A stretch of 63,079 nt of DNA, the filler included. It is 6 parts of 6 records of this genome, joined end to end, with 100 filler letters (N's around TTAATTAATTAA, not from the genome) between each part and the next. Parts side by side here need not be neighbours in the genome. Positions count along the whole stretch, not along the records: positions 29,753 to 49,845 come from SRR31156797_22733; positions 49,946 to 56,906 come from SRR31156797_22744; 4 more parts are not named here. One strand, 5' to 3'. The translations under genes and the position numbers were made by a program. How positions within the stretch are numbered: the stretch's first letter is position 1; the number at the start of each line of letters is the position of its first letter. Below are positions 40,485 through 50,826 of the stretch, in pieces. Under the pieces are notes generated by a model. That model saw nothing but the letters and a program-made list of their open reading frames with translations. It searched no databases and had not been told where the DNA came from.

Positions 40485-41548
40485 TGCAAAAAATATTAGA
40501 TACAATAAAAAGGATTGAAAGTCTTGACAGCACTGCAATGTCAGAGTGTAAAGCTATCTTAGATAACCTAACAAAACCCATTGGAAGTATGGGAGAGTTG
40601 GAAAATATAGCAATACAGCTATCTGGCATTTACGGCAAAGTTCCTGAGACTATGCCACAAAAACTCCTGACAATAATGGCTGGAGATCACGGTATAGCAG
40701 CAGAAGGTGTCACTGGGTACCCTCAGGAAGTTACAAAGCAAATGGTTCGCAATATCCATAATCATGGCGCTGGCGTTAACGTACTGCTGAAAACCAATAA
40801 CTGCGAATTCGTTATGGTGGATGTTGGCATCAACGGCGAAATCCAATGCGATGGTCTTATTGACAGGAAAGTAAAAAACGGAACTAACAATATACTAAAA
40901 GGTCCTGCTATGTCAAGAGAAGAAGCAATCAATTCAATAAATATTGGCATTGATATTGCTAATGAATACATAGACAAGGGCTACAGCCTACTAGGCATTG
41001 GAGAGATTGGGATTGGTAATACTACCGCTACCTCAGCTATAGTATATAGCTTTTGTGATTTAGATACAAATGACATTGTAGACAGAGGTGCTGGGATATC
41101 AGATGAAGCGCTGGAGAGAAAGAAACTCATTGTAAAGCAATCAGTAGAGCTAAATAACCCAGATACAAACGATGCAATTGATGTTCTTGCAAAAGTGGGT
41201 GGGCTGGAGATTGGTGCTATGGCTGGTGTTATCCTAGGGGCAGCCAGCAGACATGTACCAATTGTAATAGATGGTTTTATCACATCAGCATCAGCATTAA
41301 TAGCATATAACCTCTGTGAGTTGTCAGTGAAATATATGATACCAAGCCACATGTCTCAGGAAAGAGGACATAAATGGGTGATGAATGCATTGGGACTGAT
41401 ACCATATCTAAGCCTGAATATGCGGCTGGGCGAAGGCAGCGGTGCAGCAATTGCCTTTGGAATAGTTGATATGTCAATTGCAATGCTTAATGAAATGGCA
41501 ACTTTCGATAGTGCTGGAGTATCCAGAAGTCATCATAGTAAGGATTGA
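40484..41548 (+). CDS. cobT: Nicotinate-nucleotide-dimethylbenzimidazole phosphoribosyltransferase
   Basis: LTKPIGSMG; AGDHG; GEIGIGNT; DGFI; MRLGEGSGA. Confidence 0.95.
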   Translation: MQKILDTIKRIESLDSTAMSECKAILDNLTKPIGSMGELENIAIQLSGIYGKVPETMPQKLLTIMAGDHGIAAEGVTGYPQEVTKQMVRNIHNHGAGVNVLLKTNNCEFVMVDVGINGEIQCDGLIDRKVKNGTNNILKGPAMSREEAINSINIGIDIANEYIDKGYSLLGIGEIGIGNTTATSAIVYSFCDLDTNDIVDRGAGISDEALERKKLIVKQSVELNNPDTNDAIDVLAKVGGLEIGAMAGVILGAASRHVPIVIDGFITSASALIAYNLCELSVKYMIPSHMSQERGHKWVMNALGLIPYLSLNMRLGEGSGAAIAFGIVDMSIAMLNEMATFDSAGVSRSHHSKD

Positions 41549-41551
41549 TAT

Positions 41552-42529
41552 ATGCGGGATAAAATACTAAAAATATTGCTTGATGATATAAATAACAGTG
41601 TTTCTGGAGAAAAAATCAGCTCAATGCTTGGCATTTCTCGTGCAGCAGTGTGGAAGCATATTAACAAATTAAAGGAGATGGGCGCCGATATCAAGAGTGC
41701 AACAGGCGGTGGTTATTCATTGGTATCTGTACCAGACTGGTTGAATACCGAAGTATTTGAGTACTACGACAAGGATATCAATGTGCTTATAGAGGATGAC
41801 GTTCTTTCAACAAACAGCCTGTGCATGAAGCTGGCGGATGAAAATTTAGCCGACAATACTCTAGTAATAGCCAGCACTCAATCAAAAGGTAAAGGCAGAT
41901 TAGCTAGACAGTGGGATTCATCCTCTGGCGGTGTATGGATGAGTATTCTGCTTCGTCCCAACCTGTCTCCAAACGCCATACCTCCGATAACACTGCTGTC
42001 AGCAGTGGCTGTATGCAAAGCCTTGGAAGAGATATTTGATGGTATTGCAGTATTTATTAAATGGCCTAATGATATTCATATTACAAATAAAAAGCTTTGC
42101 GGAATATTAGTAGAAGCTGCAACAGATATTGACGGCGTACGACATGTCGTGGCAGGTATAGGTGTTAATGCAAATAATTCTGCAAAAAATTTCCCTGATG
42201 AAATTAAATCAATGGCTACAACTCTTACTGATAATAATTACTTATCCACAAGAGCACACATAGCAACTACTATCAGAAAACACCTTATTGATTTAGTACA
42301 AAAATATGAGATTTCCCAAAACATAGATTTTATCAAGGATTACTATTCCCATCATTTGCTATGGAAGGGAAAAATGATAATGCTAAAAAATATGGGGCTT
42401 AACAAAATCGAAGATACAGGAGTTTTAATTGGTATAAATAATGCTGGCAATCTAATAATTGATAGCAATGGAGTACAAAAGGCTATTGTATCAGGCGAAT
42501 TAAACCTTCGAAAGGCAAATCTAGATTAA
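41552..42529 (+). CDS. birA: Biotin protein ligase with N-terminal HTH
   Basis: SRAAVWKHI HTH; QSKGKGR; KWPND; KKLCGIL. Confidence 0.93.
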   Translation: MRDKILKILLDDINNSVSGEKISSMLGISRAAVWKHINKLKEMGADIKSATGGGYSLVSVPDWLNTEVFEYYDKDINVLIEDDVLSTNSLCMKLADENLADNTLVIASTQSKGKGRLARQWDSSSGGVWMSILLRPNLSPNAIPPITLLSAVAVCKALEEIFDGIAVFIKWPNDIHITNKKLCGILVEAATDIDGVRHVVAGIGVNANNSAKNFPDEIKSMATTLTDNNYLSTRAHIATTIRKHLIDLVQKYEISQNIDFIKDYYSHHLLWKGKMIMLKNMGLNKIEDTGVLIGINNAGNLIIDSNGVQKAIVSGELNLRKANLD

Positions 42530-42539
42530 GGAGCACATT

Positions 42540-43463
42540 ATGAAGTATTCAGGCAGTATAACAGATATTGCTGGTATAGAGGTAGGTAACTACACTGACA
42601 AAGAACATAAAACAGGCTGTACAGCAGTTCTATGCAAAAATGGAGCCGTAGGCGGTGTTTCCGTAATGGGTTCTGCCCCAGGCACTAGAGAGACCGACCT
42701 GCTAAAATCTGAAAACTTAGTAGATACAATTCATGGAATAATGCTGTCAGGCGGTTCGGCATTTGGTCTGGAGAGTGCTTGTGGTGCAATGGATTTTCTT
42801 CGTGAAAACGGCTATGGTCTTAATACTGGATTCACAAAGATTCCTATTGTGCCGGCAGCTGTTCTGTATGACTGCAATGTAGGAAGTGCTGATGCCTATC
42901 CAACCAAGGATATGGGATACAAAGCATGTGAAAATGCTGATAAAAAACACTTACAAAATGGTCAAATTGGAGCAGGAACAGGTGCTACAGTAGGCAAAGC
43001 ATTAGGTATTCAGTATTGTCAATCCGGAGGATTAGGTACAGCAAGCATATCTGGAAAGTCTGAATTAGCCGTAGGTAGTATAACTGCAGTCAATGCACTA
43101 GGAGATATCGTAGAAAAAGACGGAACAATTGTAAAAGGTGCATACAATAATGGTTTTATGAATGTTTCAGAAAGTTTATTAGGTTTGAACGAGACATTTT
43201 CATTAGTTGGAAGCAATACTACCATCGGTATACTTGCTACAAATGCACGACTTACAAAACCACAAGCGAATAAATTAGCCAGCATGTGTCATGATGCTCT
43301 TGCAATTGCAATACGACCTAGTCATACAATAAACGACGGTGATACGTTCTTCGTGATGTCAACAGGAGAAATAGAAGCAGATTTCACAGTATTATCAACT
43401 ATGGCAGTAGAATGTGTACGCAGATCTATAATAAACGCAGTAATAGGAGAAGATGATGATTAA
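42540..43463 (+). CDS. P1 / S58 (DmpA-like) peptidase
   Basis: GSAPGTRETDLL; LSGGSAFGL; GAGTGA; NTTIG; HTINDGD. Confidence 0.9.
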   Translation: MKYSGSITDIAGIEVGNYTDKEHKTGCTAVLCKNGAVGGVSVMGSAPGTRETDLLKSENLVDTIHGIMLSGGSAFGLESACGAMDFLRENGYGLNTGFTKIPIVPAAVLYDCNVGSADAYPTKDMGYKACENADKKHLQNGQIGAGTGATVGKALGIQYCQSGGLGTASISGKSELAVGSITAVNALGDIVEKDGTIVKGAYNNGFMNVSESLLGLNETFSLVGSNTTIGILATNARLTKPQANKLASMCHDALAIAIRPSHTINDGDTFFVMSTGEIEADFTVLSTMAVECVRRSIINAVIGEDDD

Positions 43464-43821
43464 GGGATTAGGAATAGATATAGTAGAAATAGATAGAATG
43501 GATAAGTTTATAGAAAAAGGTACTCCTCTTGATAGAATACTGACTGAAAGTGAGCAGCTGGAACTAAAAGACAGCCCCAAACCATCAGAATACTTAGCAG
43601 GTAGGTTTGCTGCAAAGGAAGCAGTTTCCAAGGCATTTGGTACCGGAATATCAGGCTGCCCCTTAAACAATGTGGAAGTCCTAAACGGCGATACTGGTAA
43701 TCCATACATAAAACTATATGATACTGCAAAAAGGCTTAAAGAATCAAAATTCGTAACAAAAGTAGACGTAAGCATAAGCCATGAAAAGCATTATGCTGTG
43801 GCAGTGGCTATCGTAGAATAA
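43453..43821 (+). CDS. acpS: Holo-ACP synthase
   Basis: GIDIVE; AGRFAAKEAVSKAFG; SISHE. Confidence 0.95.
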   Translation: MMIKGLGIDIVEIDRMDKFIEKGTPLDRILTESEQLELKDSPKPSEYLAGRFAAKEAVSKAFGTGISGCPLNNVEVLNGDTGNPYIKLYDTAKRLKESKFVTKVDVSISHEKHYAVAVAIVE

Positions 43822-43830
43822 AGGAAGATT

Positions 43831-45081
43831 ATGAATAAAAATAATAGAAAAGTCGTTCTAATATCAATGGATGCTCTTTCAAATACTGAACTGGATGTTG
43901 TACTAAAGCAGCCAAATCTATCGAAATTAATAAGTAATGGTACTTTTTCCAATCAGTTAATAAGTGTTTATCCTACTTTGACGTATACTGTTCACGCTAC
44001 AGTTTCTACAGGTAATTATCCTGATAAACACAAAATATATGGTAATCACATGTTCCAGCCATTTATCAATGATAGGAACAAGGAATGGTTCTGGTATAGA
44101 TCTCAGATAAAGTCCAATACAATATATGATGCTGCAAAGGCAAACGGTAAAAAAACAGCTGCGTTTTTGTGGCCTACCACATGCAAATCAGGAATAAAAT
44201 ATCATTTTCCTGAAGTTGTTGCAATAAATAATGAGAATCAAGTCCTGAAAGTCCTGAAAAATGGTTCTCCTCTTATGATACTTAATATGGAGCTAAAGTA
44301 TGGTAAAGATAGAGAAAGCTATGACCAGCCTCATCTGGATAAATATACTGCAAAGGCAGCTGCTCATATAATTAGTCATAAGAAGCCTGACTTGGTTATG
44401 GTTCATTTAGTCAGCATTGATGCTGCAAAACATAAGTACAGGGTTGAAAATACAAAAGTTGCCGAAACAGTAGAAATATTAGATCAGTGTATAGGTGAAA
44501 TTGTTAATGCATGCGATGACAGCTACAGTATTGTATTATTCAGCGATCATGGACAGTTTAGCATTAACTATAATGTACATATTAATTCACTTCTCAAAAA
44601 GCATGGTCTGGTGGACTTTGATAACAAGGAGTACAAAGCCTTTGTTCAGTCTCCAGGCGGCAGCGGGGTACTTCACGCAAAGTCATCAGAAGATATAAAA
44701 AAAGCAGTAAAAATAATCGAAGAAAATATGGATTTGCTTGGCGTTGAAGCTATATACGCAAGGGAGGATTTAGACAGGCTTCATGCAGATAAAGATATTA
44801 AGTGTATGATTGAGTGTAAGGCTGGATATAATCTCGTTGAGGGAGATAATGATGATATCGTCGTTGACCTAAATAAGCAAAAGATTTCATATGCTACCCA
44901 TGGATATGATCCAAATAAAGAGGGTTATGAATGCTTATTTATTGCAGTAGGTGAAGGTATTGCAAAAGGTAAAAAAATCGGTAAGATTGATATGGTCGAT
45001 ATTGCACCGACAGTCTGCAGCCTGCTGGATATTGAATTCAATGACTGTGATGGTAGAATCATTTCAGAAATTTATGAGTAA
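43831..45081 (+). CDS. Alkaline-phosphatase superfamily nucleotide pyrophosphatase/phosphodiesterase
   Basis: LISMDA; YPTLT; TGNYPDKH; DAAKH; SDHG; THGY; DIAPT. Confidence 0.88.
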   Translation: MNKNNRKVVLISMDALSNTELDVVLKQPNLSKLISNGTFSNQLISVYPTLTYTVHATVSTGNYPDKHKIYGNHMFQPFINDRNKEWFWYRSQIKSNTIYDAAKANGKKTAAFLWPTTCKSGIKYHFPEVVAINNENQVLKVLKNGSPLMILNMELKYGKDRESYDQPHLDKYTAKAAAHIISHKKPDLVMVHLVSIDAAKHKYRVENTKVAETVEILDQCIGEIVNACDDSYSIVLFSDHGQFSINYNVHINSLLKKHGLVDFDNKEYKAFVQSPGGSGVLHAKSSEDIKKAVKIIEENMDLLGVEAIYAREDLDRLHADKDIKCMIECKAGYNLVEGDNDDIVVDLNKQKISYATHGYDPNKEGYECLFIAVGEGIAKGKKIGKIDMVDIAPTVCSLLDIEFNDCDGRIISEIYE

Positions 45082-45088
45082 ATGCTAG

Positions 45089-45114
45089 AAAAGGATAGTT
45101 AACCTATCCTTTTT
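45089..45114. terminator. Bidirectional terminator
   Basis: AAAAGGATAG / CTATCCTTTT between convergent genes. Confidence 0.75.
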
Positions 45115-45124
45115 CATTATTTTC

Positions 45125-47014
45125 TTACGAAGGCACCTCTGTCTTTGTCTCTTCCTTTTTGTCAACCATCAAAGCATACAGCAACGCAAATGGTAAAGCT
45201 ATGAAATTAATATAAAAATACCTGACATCCTGAGAAGAAATAACGAACATATATGCCAATGCATTCATAAACACAGGACTCATAGATATTAGGAATTTGA
45301 ATTTATGCCGCTTAAATCCAATAAAACATAAGATTAATATTCCCATCAAAAATGAAGCAGGACGAATAAGTGCAATAAATATTCCATTATAGACGTAGAA
45401 AACATTATTATCCAGATATTCTTTAATAGGAGTAACAAATTCAAGGTATCCATCGCTGCAGCAGGCGAGCATTTCGTCTTTGTAATATGCTCTAAATGGA
45501 GTAGGTCCATAGCCTACACTTGCCCAAATAATGCCTATCTGCTTTTGATATGCATCAAGCATTGTTACTGGATGCTGTGCAAAAATCTCACGATAGTATC
45601 GCCAAAATTCCGGTCTATCTTCGTCTTTCATTGGCTTTTGGGTTAGGTTTGGCTTATGATAGAATTCCCAGTTGCTTCCGTATTTTGTTCCAAAGAAATA
45701 CTGCTCCTTATGCTGTTCTAGCTCCTCTAAATACACATATTTCTCAAAATTCGTAGTCTGCACTGCAGTAAATTCATCACCTGAATAATGCTGGGTATAT
45801 ATTAATTGCTGAACAGCAATAATCGTAGGTACATAATGAGGCATCAGAGTTACTTGTGTATATCCCTCGTTTTCATAGAATTCTTCAGCATTTTCTACTT
45901 TACTTGCATCTACTTGTGCAGCTTTCTCTCCCTCGACAATCTTATTGATAGCAACTTTAGTGAAATTCTTTATACCTATAAACAGAGCAACCAAGCAAAC
46001 ACCTATTATCAAAGTTTTTCTAACAATTTTATAATTTTTTTTACATAATGCGTAAATAAAAACCAAACCGCCAGTTCCAATAATCGCAATAAATCCGTTA
46101 TGTCTAAAGAACATTACAGTCAGTCCAATTGCTGTATATTTAATCATATTTATTGGCTTATTAAGGTAATCATCTTCTAAGACTTTTATTGTCATTATCA
46201 GAAATATAAGAAGAAACATTGAGTAAGGTATATCTTTCCATAGTGTTACTGTATACATTGCACATACTGGATACAGTGGTAATATTGTTGCAGTAACGTA
46301 ACACCAGATTTTCTTCAAGCCTTTGCTTGAGAAATAATTTACTGCATATCCAAACGTAAGAACAGTTATTAAATACTGAAATAATGCTATCACTCCGTAA
46401 CTGTCCCATACTAGAGTCAATAGCTTGTAATAAACCATCAGCATCAATGGATGAGTATCGCTGAATTTATTTTCATGAATTAATTTCCAAAGCCATGTTG
46501 TATCAATAGTACCTGTGCCAGGATAATATATTGCAAAAATTATTCCCAGAATAATAAAAGATGGCAAACAATACAATAAATACTGCTTAAATCCCTGCCT
46601 ACTTATAGGAGACGCTTTCCATGATATTAGGCTTAATAAGTGAGTAATCAAGTAGATAATCCCACAGCCAATAATTGACCAGCCAAGCCATATTAATGCT
46701 GCAACAATGAATGAAGCATTTTTTGCAATGGGAAAAATACTAATAACATACGATTTGATAACAATATTGCCTACAATAATTGATAATATTAGTTCAATAA
46801 CAAAAGCCATTATACTAGCTTTTTCTCTGTACTTCTCCTGTAATCTATTTACCAAATATATCGTCAAAGCTATGCTCAATATAATCAGCAGATATACAAA
46901 ATACTTAAGTTCTTTACTTAGGTGTGAGTAAATACAATAACTTGTGAAAATCGATAGTATTAGTCCCACTATAACTGCTGATATTGATATTTTGCGCTTT
47001 ATCTTTTGTAACAT
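45125..47014 (-). CDS. Polytopic membrane protein, DUF6020-like (possible GT-C fold)
   Basis: YYPG...D, HP, WKDIPY, RHN, QDVRY; many TM helices. Confidence 0.7.
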   Translation of the reverse strand: MLQKIKRKISISAVIVGLILSIFTSYCIYSHLSKELKYFVYLLIILSIALTIYLVNRLQEKYREKASIMAFVIELILSIIVGNIVIKSYVISIFPIAKNASFIVAALIWLGWSIIGCGIIYLITHLLSLISWKASPISRQGFKQYLLYCLPSFIILGIIFAIYYPGTGTIDTTWLWKLIHENKFSDTHPLMLMVYYKLLTLVWDSYGVIALFQYLITVLTFGYAVNYFSSKGLKKIWCYVTATILPLYPVCAMYTVTLWKDIPYSMFLLIFLIMTIKVLEDDYLNKPINMIKYTAIGLTVMFFRHNGFIAIIGTGGLVFIYALCKKNYKIVRKTLIIGVCLVALFIGIKNFTKVAINKIVEGEKAAQVDASKVENAEEFYENEGYTQVTLMPHYVPTIIAVQQLIYTQHYSGDEFTAVQTTNFEKYVYLEELEQHKEQYFFGTKYGSNWEFYHKPNLTQKPMKDEDRPEFWRYYREIFAQHPVTMLDAYQKQIGIIWASVGYGPTPFRAYYKDEMLACCSDGYLEFVTPIKEYLDNNVFYVYNGIFIALIRPASFLMGILILCFIGFKRHKFKFLISMSPVFMNALAYMFVISSQDVRYFYINFIALPFALLYALMVDKKEETKTEVPS

Positions 47015-47074
47015 TATGTACCTCTAATTGTTATTTATTTAAAACTAAATAACGAAAATCTATTTTATTTATCT

Positions 47075-48940
47075 TTATATTTCATTTGAAACTTTATTAT
47101 CACTAATGACTATTTTAGTAGTCAATGCTAAAGCTAGTATTATAACAAACATAGAATAGTTTAAATAAGTATATCTTGTGTCCTGCGAAGCAGTTACAAG
47201 CAAGTAAGTAATCTGGTTAAAAAACATTGGCAAAACAAATAGTATTGTTGAAATTCCATGTTTTTTATATGCAGCTATCATTATTATCAGTGATAATATA
47301 AATGCTAATGCAGGTCTCCAAAAAATACTGCTCAATGAACTATCAATATATTTAAATACTGTACCATCCAGAATGTATCTTATTTTAAATCCCAGTAATG
47401 GTTTGAATTCTTCTCCTAAAGTCTTATTTATGTTAATGGTACTATCTGCTCTGTATGCTACTGATCCATTAGGAGACGAACACCATACAATTGATGTAAT
47501 CTTCTTATAACCTTCCAGCATTAATTCAGGATGCTTATCAAACATATAATAGTAATATTCCCAGAAATCTTCCGATGGATAATCATAGCTGTCTATTCTA
47601 TCTGGTTTATAATAGAACATCCAAATATCATTTTCTGAATACTTCTCTTTATGTGCAATAAGTTCTTCCTCAATAACTATTATCTCAAACATTTCTCTCT
47701 CATATTGAGTAAATTCATTTCCTTTGAAATGCTCGGTATATATTATCTGCTGAAGTGGTATTACTGTTGGGAATTTTATATTTAGTAAAGATGTACCTCT
47801 TATATCAGATGAAGAATCTGATGTTTCTTCATCAATATTTTCTTTTTCTTTATTTTCATTTTCTATGTTTAGTGCAATTGCCTTGAATATTATCTGTTTC
47901 GAACCAAAAAAAACTATAGTCAGAGTTAAGCCCAAAATTAAAGTTTTTATAATTTTCTTCTTATCTAATTTGAATATGAAATAAATTCCCATAAAAAATA
48001 ATGGAAACATAACACTAATTATTGCATTATGACGAACAAAAAGAGTGAATAATCCTACACTAAATAATGCCCAAAATGATTTTTTTGAACTGTAAAAATC
48101 TGTGGCAACACATCGCAGTATTATAACAGATAGAATAATCAATCCCATAGTATATGGAATGTCCTTCCAAGCAGTAACTGAATACAGTGCATTAGCAGGA
48201 AACAATGGTAGAATTACACTAGATACCATGCATAAAACTCTGTTAACACCTAATCTATCCAATTGATAGCATACATAACCAAAAGTAAATATAGTAATTA
48301 CAGCATTAAATAGGCTGACAACACCAATATTATCCCATACTAAACTTAGTAGTTTTATTAGCATCATGTAAACAATGGGATGTGCATCAGCATAATTATT
48401 ATTTCTTACATCCTCCCAAATATGAATTGAATCACCGGATAAATTACCTGGATAATACACAATGAATAAGAAGCCTATTACAAGTAAGCTAGGTAACATG
48501 TAGATAAAAAACATGTACAACTTTGTATTTTTACTTCCGGAAATGTTATTATAATTTATAAATAAAATAATAAAAATAACGAATTGACTAATCAACAGAA
48601 TTGCACCTACGTTGGCAGGTATACTCATTGCACCCCAATTCATATTATACAAATCTTTATTAATACTGGTATACAACACAATGCTTAGAACAAATACAAC
48701 TAATCCGAAAATAAGATTCAAATATTTCTTCCTATATTTAAATCTTTTTTCTTTAAAAAACCTGCAAAAAGCATTATTAAACATAAATATTGGAACTACA
48801 AAAGCCAGCAATAAAAGTTTGTAAGATGACTCTCTAAGTAGTACATAAATATATGAAATCTCAAATAACGAGTATAAAAAAACAATTACTTTGTCATATG
48901 TTATTTTATGTTTTAGTTTAGTAAACAATGAATTATCCAT
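47075..48940 (-). CDS. Polytopic membrane protein, DUF6020-like; paralog of 45125-47014
   Basis: Same YYPG/HP/WKDIPY/RHN/QQIIYT/QDTRY motifs. Confidence 0.7.
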   Translation of the reverse strand: MDNSLFTKLKHKITYDKVIVFLYSLFEISYIYVLLRESSYKLLLLAFVVPIFMFNNAFCRFFKEKRFKYRKKYLNLIFGLVVFVLSIVLYTSINKDLYNMNWGAMSIPANVGAILLISQFVIFIILFINYNNISGSKNTKLYMFFIYMLPSLLVIGFLFIVYYPGNLSGDSIHIWEDVRNNNYADAHPIVYMMLIKLLSLVWDNIGVVSLFNAVITIFTFGYVCYQLDRLGVNRVLCMVSSVILPLFPANALYSVTAWKDIPYTMGLIILSVIILRCVATDFYSSKKSFWALFSVGLFTLFVRHNAIISVMFPLFFMGIYFIFKLDKKKIIKTLILGLTLTIVFFGSKQIIFKAIALNIENENKEKENIDEETSDSSSDIRGTSLLNIKFPTVIPLQQIIYTEHFKGNEFTQYEREMFEIIVIEEELIAHKEKYSENDIWMFYYKPDRIDSYDYPSEDFWEYYYYMFDKHPELMLEGYKKITSIVWCSSPNGSVAYRADSTININKTLGEEFKPLLGFKIRYILDGTVFKYIDSSLSSIFWRPALAFILSLIIMIAAYKKHGISTILFVLPMFFNQITYLLVTASQDTRYTYLNYSMFVIILALALTTKIVISDNKVSNEI

Positions 48941-49045
48941 ACTAGTCCTTTAAATTTTTTATCAAGTAATTATACACAATTTATACTTAATAGTAAAGAA
49001 AGGTGAATGATTTTAATAGATATAATGGTAATATGTTTCTATTTC

Positions 49046-49074
49046 TTGACATTGTTTAAATCCAGTTGTACTAT
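49046..49074 (+). promoter_or_regulatory. sigma70-type promoter
   Basis: TTGACA-17 nt-TACTAT. Confidence 0.6.
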
Positions 49075-49103
49075 TATTTATGATATATAATGGGGAGAAG
49101 TTC

Positions 49104-49649
49104 ATGGACAGTAATTACAAACGGAAATTAGTTAGAGCAAAACTGCTAATTAATCAAATTAAAGAAGGTAATGATCCAATTAACAATATACAAATTAGTA
49201 ACGATAGCTTCCTAAAAGATAAGAAAATATATAATCTATTTTCTTTTGTTGACGAGCTTCTTGATAAAGAAATCTATTCAATGCTCCCTAAGGTGGATTT
49301 CTATATAACTGCGAAAGAAATTAATGATTTAAAATATCCTGCTGACAAAACTACCATATCAGTTACTGATTTTACAAATATCGTTAATGAAACAATTCGT
49401 CTAAAAGACAGAAAAAAACTTCGCCCTACTCAAGTAAACACTGTTTTAAGAGAATTGAATGAAATTAAATACGAAATAATAAATGATAAGAAAAGAAATC
49501 GTGCTACTGATTTAGGTAAAAAACATGGTATTTTAGAAAAAACATCAAATTATAATGGTACGGAATATTTTTATGTGTGTTATGGTGAAATCGGATTTAA
49601 ACATCTTAAAGATATTTTACTAGAATATTTTTGCGAGGATGATTTCTAA
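49104..49649 (+). CDS. Hypothetical protein
   Basis: GGGGAG RBS and upstream promoter; no confident family. Confidence 0.65.
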   Translation: MDSNYKRKLVRAKLLINQIKEGNDPINNIQISNDSFLKDKKIYNLFSFVDELLDKEIYSMLPKVDFYITAKEINDLKYPADKTTISVTDFTNIVNETIRLKDRKKLRPTQVNTVLRELNEIKYEIINDKKRNRATDLGKKHGILEKTSNYNGTEYFYVCYGEIGFKHLKDILLEYFCEDDF

Positions 49650-49845
49650 CCAACATTCCATCTATAAAACAAATCATACCATTGTTCAGTTAAATTAATA
49701 AGATAAGTACCATACGACAGAATTCATAGCTAGATATATTTAATCAATTAATATCAATGACACCTAAAAATCTAAAAACATCTATCAATAAGCCCAAACT
49801 ATTAAAAGATAATAGCAAAAGAACCCCATAACGGAGTTCTTCAAT

Positions 49846-49945
49846 NNNNNNNNNNNNNNNNNNNNNNNNNNNNNNNNNNNNNNNNNNNNTTAATTAATTA
49901 ANNNNNNNNNNNNNNNNNNNNNNNNNNNNNNNNNNNNNNNNNNNN
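49846..49945. other. Artificial contig spacer
   Basis: N-run with TTAATTAATTAA. Confidence 0.98.
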
Positions 49946-49968
49946 GGCAATTCATGAATTGCCCCTAC
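49946..49968 (-). repeat. GTAG-type REP at contig edge
   Basis: GGCAATTCATGAATTGCC palindrome followed by CCTAC. Confidence 0.75.
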
Positions 49969-49990
49969 AATTTTTATTTGTTAAATTAAT

Positions 49991-50608
49991 TTATTTCTGT
50001 TCTTCAATAATTTTAGATTGATAACTTTCAATTAGTTTACTAGAACCTAAACCAACTGCAATAATAGACTTCATAGCTTCATCAATTTTGACATCAACAA
50101 CTTTTACTCTGTGAGATGGCACGTGAAAGATATTTCCTGATGTAGGATTTGGTCCGGTTGGAATAAATACAGTACAAAGGTCACCTGTTTGCTCAATAAA
50201 GAAAACAGTTGAAAGTGAGCCTGTGTCATAAACATCAGCAAGAGCTACTTTTGAAAAGGAGTCCTTCATACTACTACTGGTAAATTGTTGAACTGTATCT
50301 CTAATAGTTCCGTAAAATGGAATCTTATTAAGGATTCTATCTGCTAAATCATGTAAGTATCCACCTAATCTGGTAGTGATGAAAAAGCCAGTTACAAAAC
50401 AGATAGCCAAAATAATAGCGAGTGCTACAAAATTCGCAAGAGCGTCACTAAAGTCAAGATGAGCTTCAATAACTTTTGATATTGGGCTGATAAAATTTAG
50501 TATAAAATTAAATACAAATTGAAAAACAAAAATCAAAACACCAATTGGAAGTAATACAGTTATTCCCCCAACAAGAGTTGATATAAAAAATCGTTTAAGT
50601 CTTTTCAT
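49991..50608 (-). CDS. DUF502 family membrane protein
   Basis: GGITVLLP; KIPFYGTI; VFIPTGPNPTSG; AAGGAG RBS before ATG 50608. Confidence 0.88.
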   Translation of the reverse strand: MKRLKRFFISTLVGGITVLLPIGVLIFVFQFVFNFILNFISPISKVIEAHLDFSDALANFVALAIILAICFVTGFFITTRLGGYLHDLADRILNKIPFYGTIRDTVQQFTSSSMKDSFSKVALADVYDTGSLSTVFFIEQTGDLCTVFIPTGPNPTSGNIFHVPSHRVKVVDVKIDEAMKSIIAVGLGSSKLIESYQSKIIEEQK

Positions 50609-50651
50609 AAATCTTCTCCTTAAATTTAAAGTAATATTATAATTAAAATTT

Positions 50652-50802
50652 AAAACCGTGCTGTCGTCAGCACACCCCGCAAGCATGATGCTTGACCTTT
50701 AAAGAAACATAACAAATTATAGCATATTTACCATTAATTTGTTTTTTATTTTAAACGGTGAAGCGTAAGGCTTCTAGGGTGTGCTCCAACGAGCACGGTT
50801 TT
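50652..50802. repeat. Nested inverted repeat: two opposed ~50-nt double-hairpin units
   Basis: AAAACCGTGCT-N6-AGCACACCC..AAGC-N5-GCTT..TTTAAA and its inverted copy, with different loop sequences. Confidence 0.8.
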
Positions 50803-50826
50803 TATTTTAGAATTTTTTAAGTAAAA

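Noticed and set aside
50609-50686. N-terminal extension of the DUF502 ORF given in the track
   Set aside because: It runs through the palindromic element; a good RBS precedes ATG 50608
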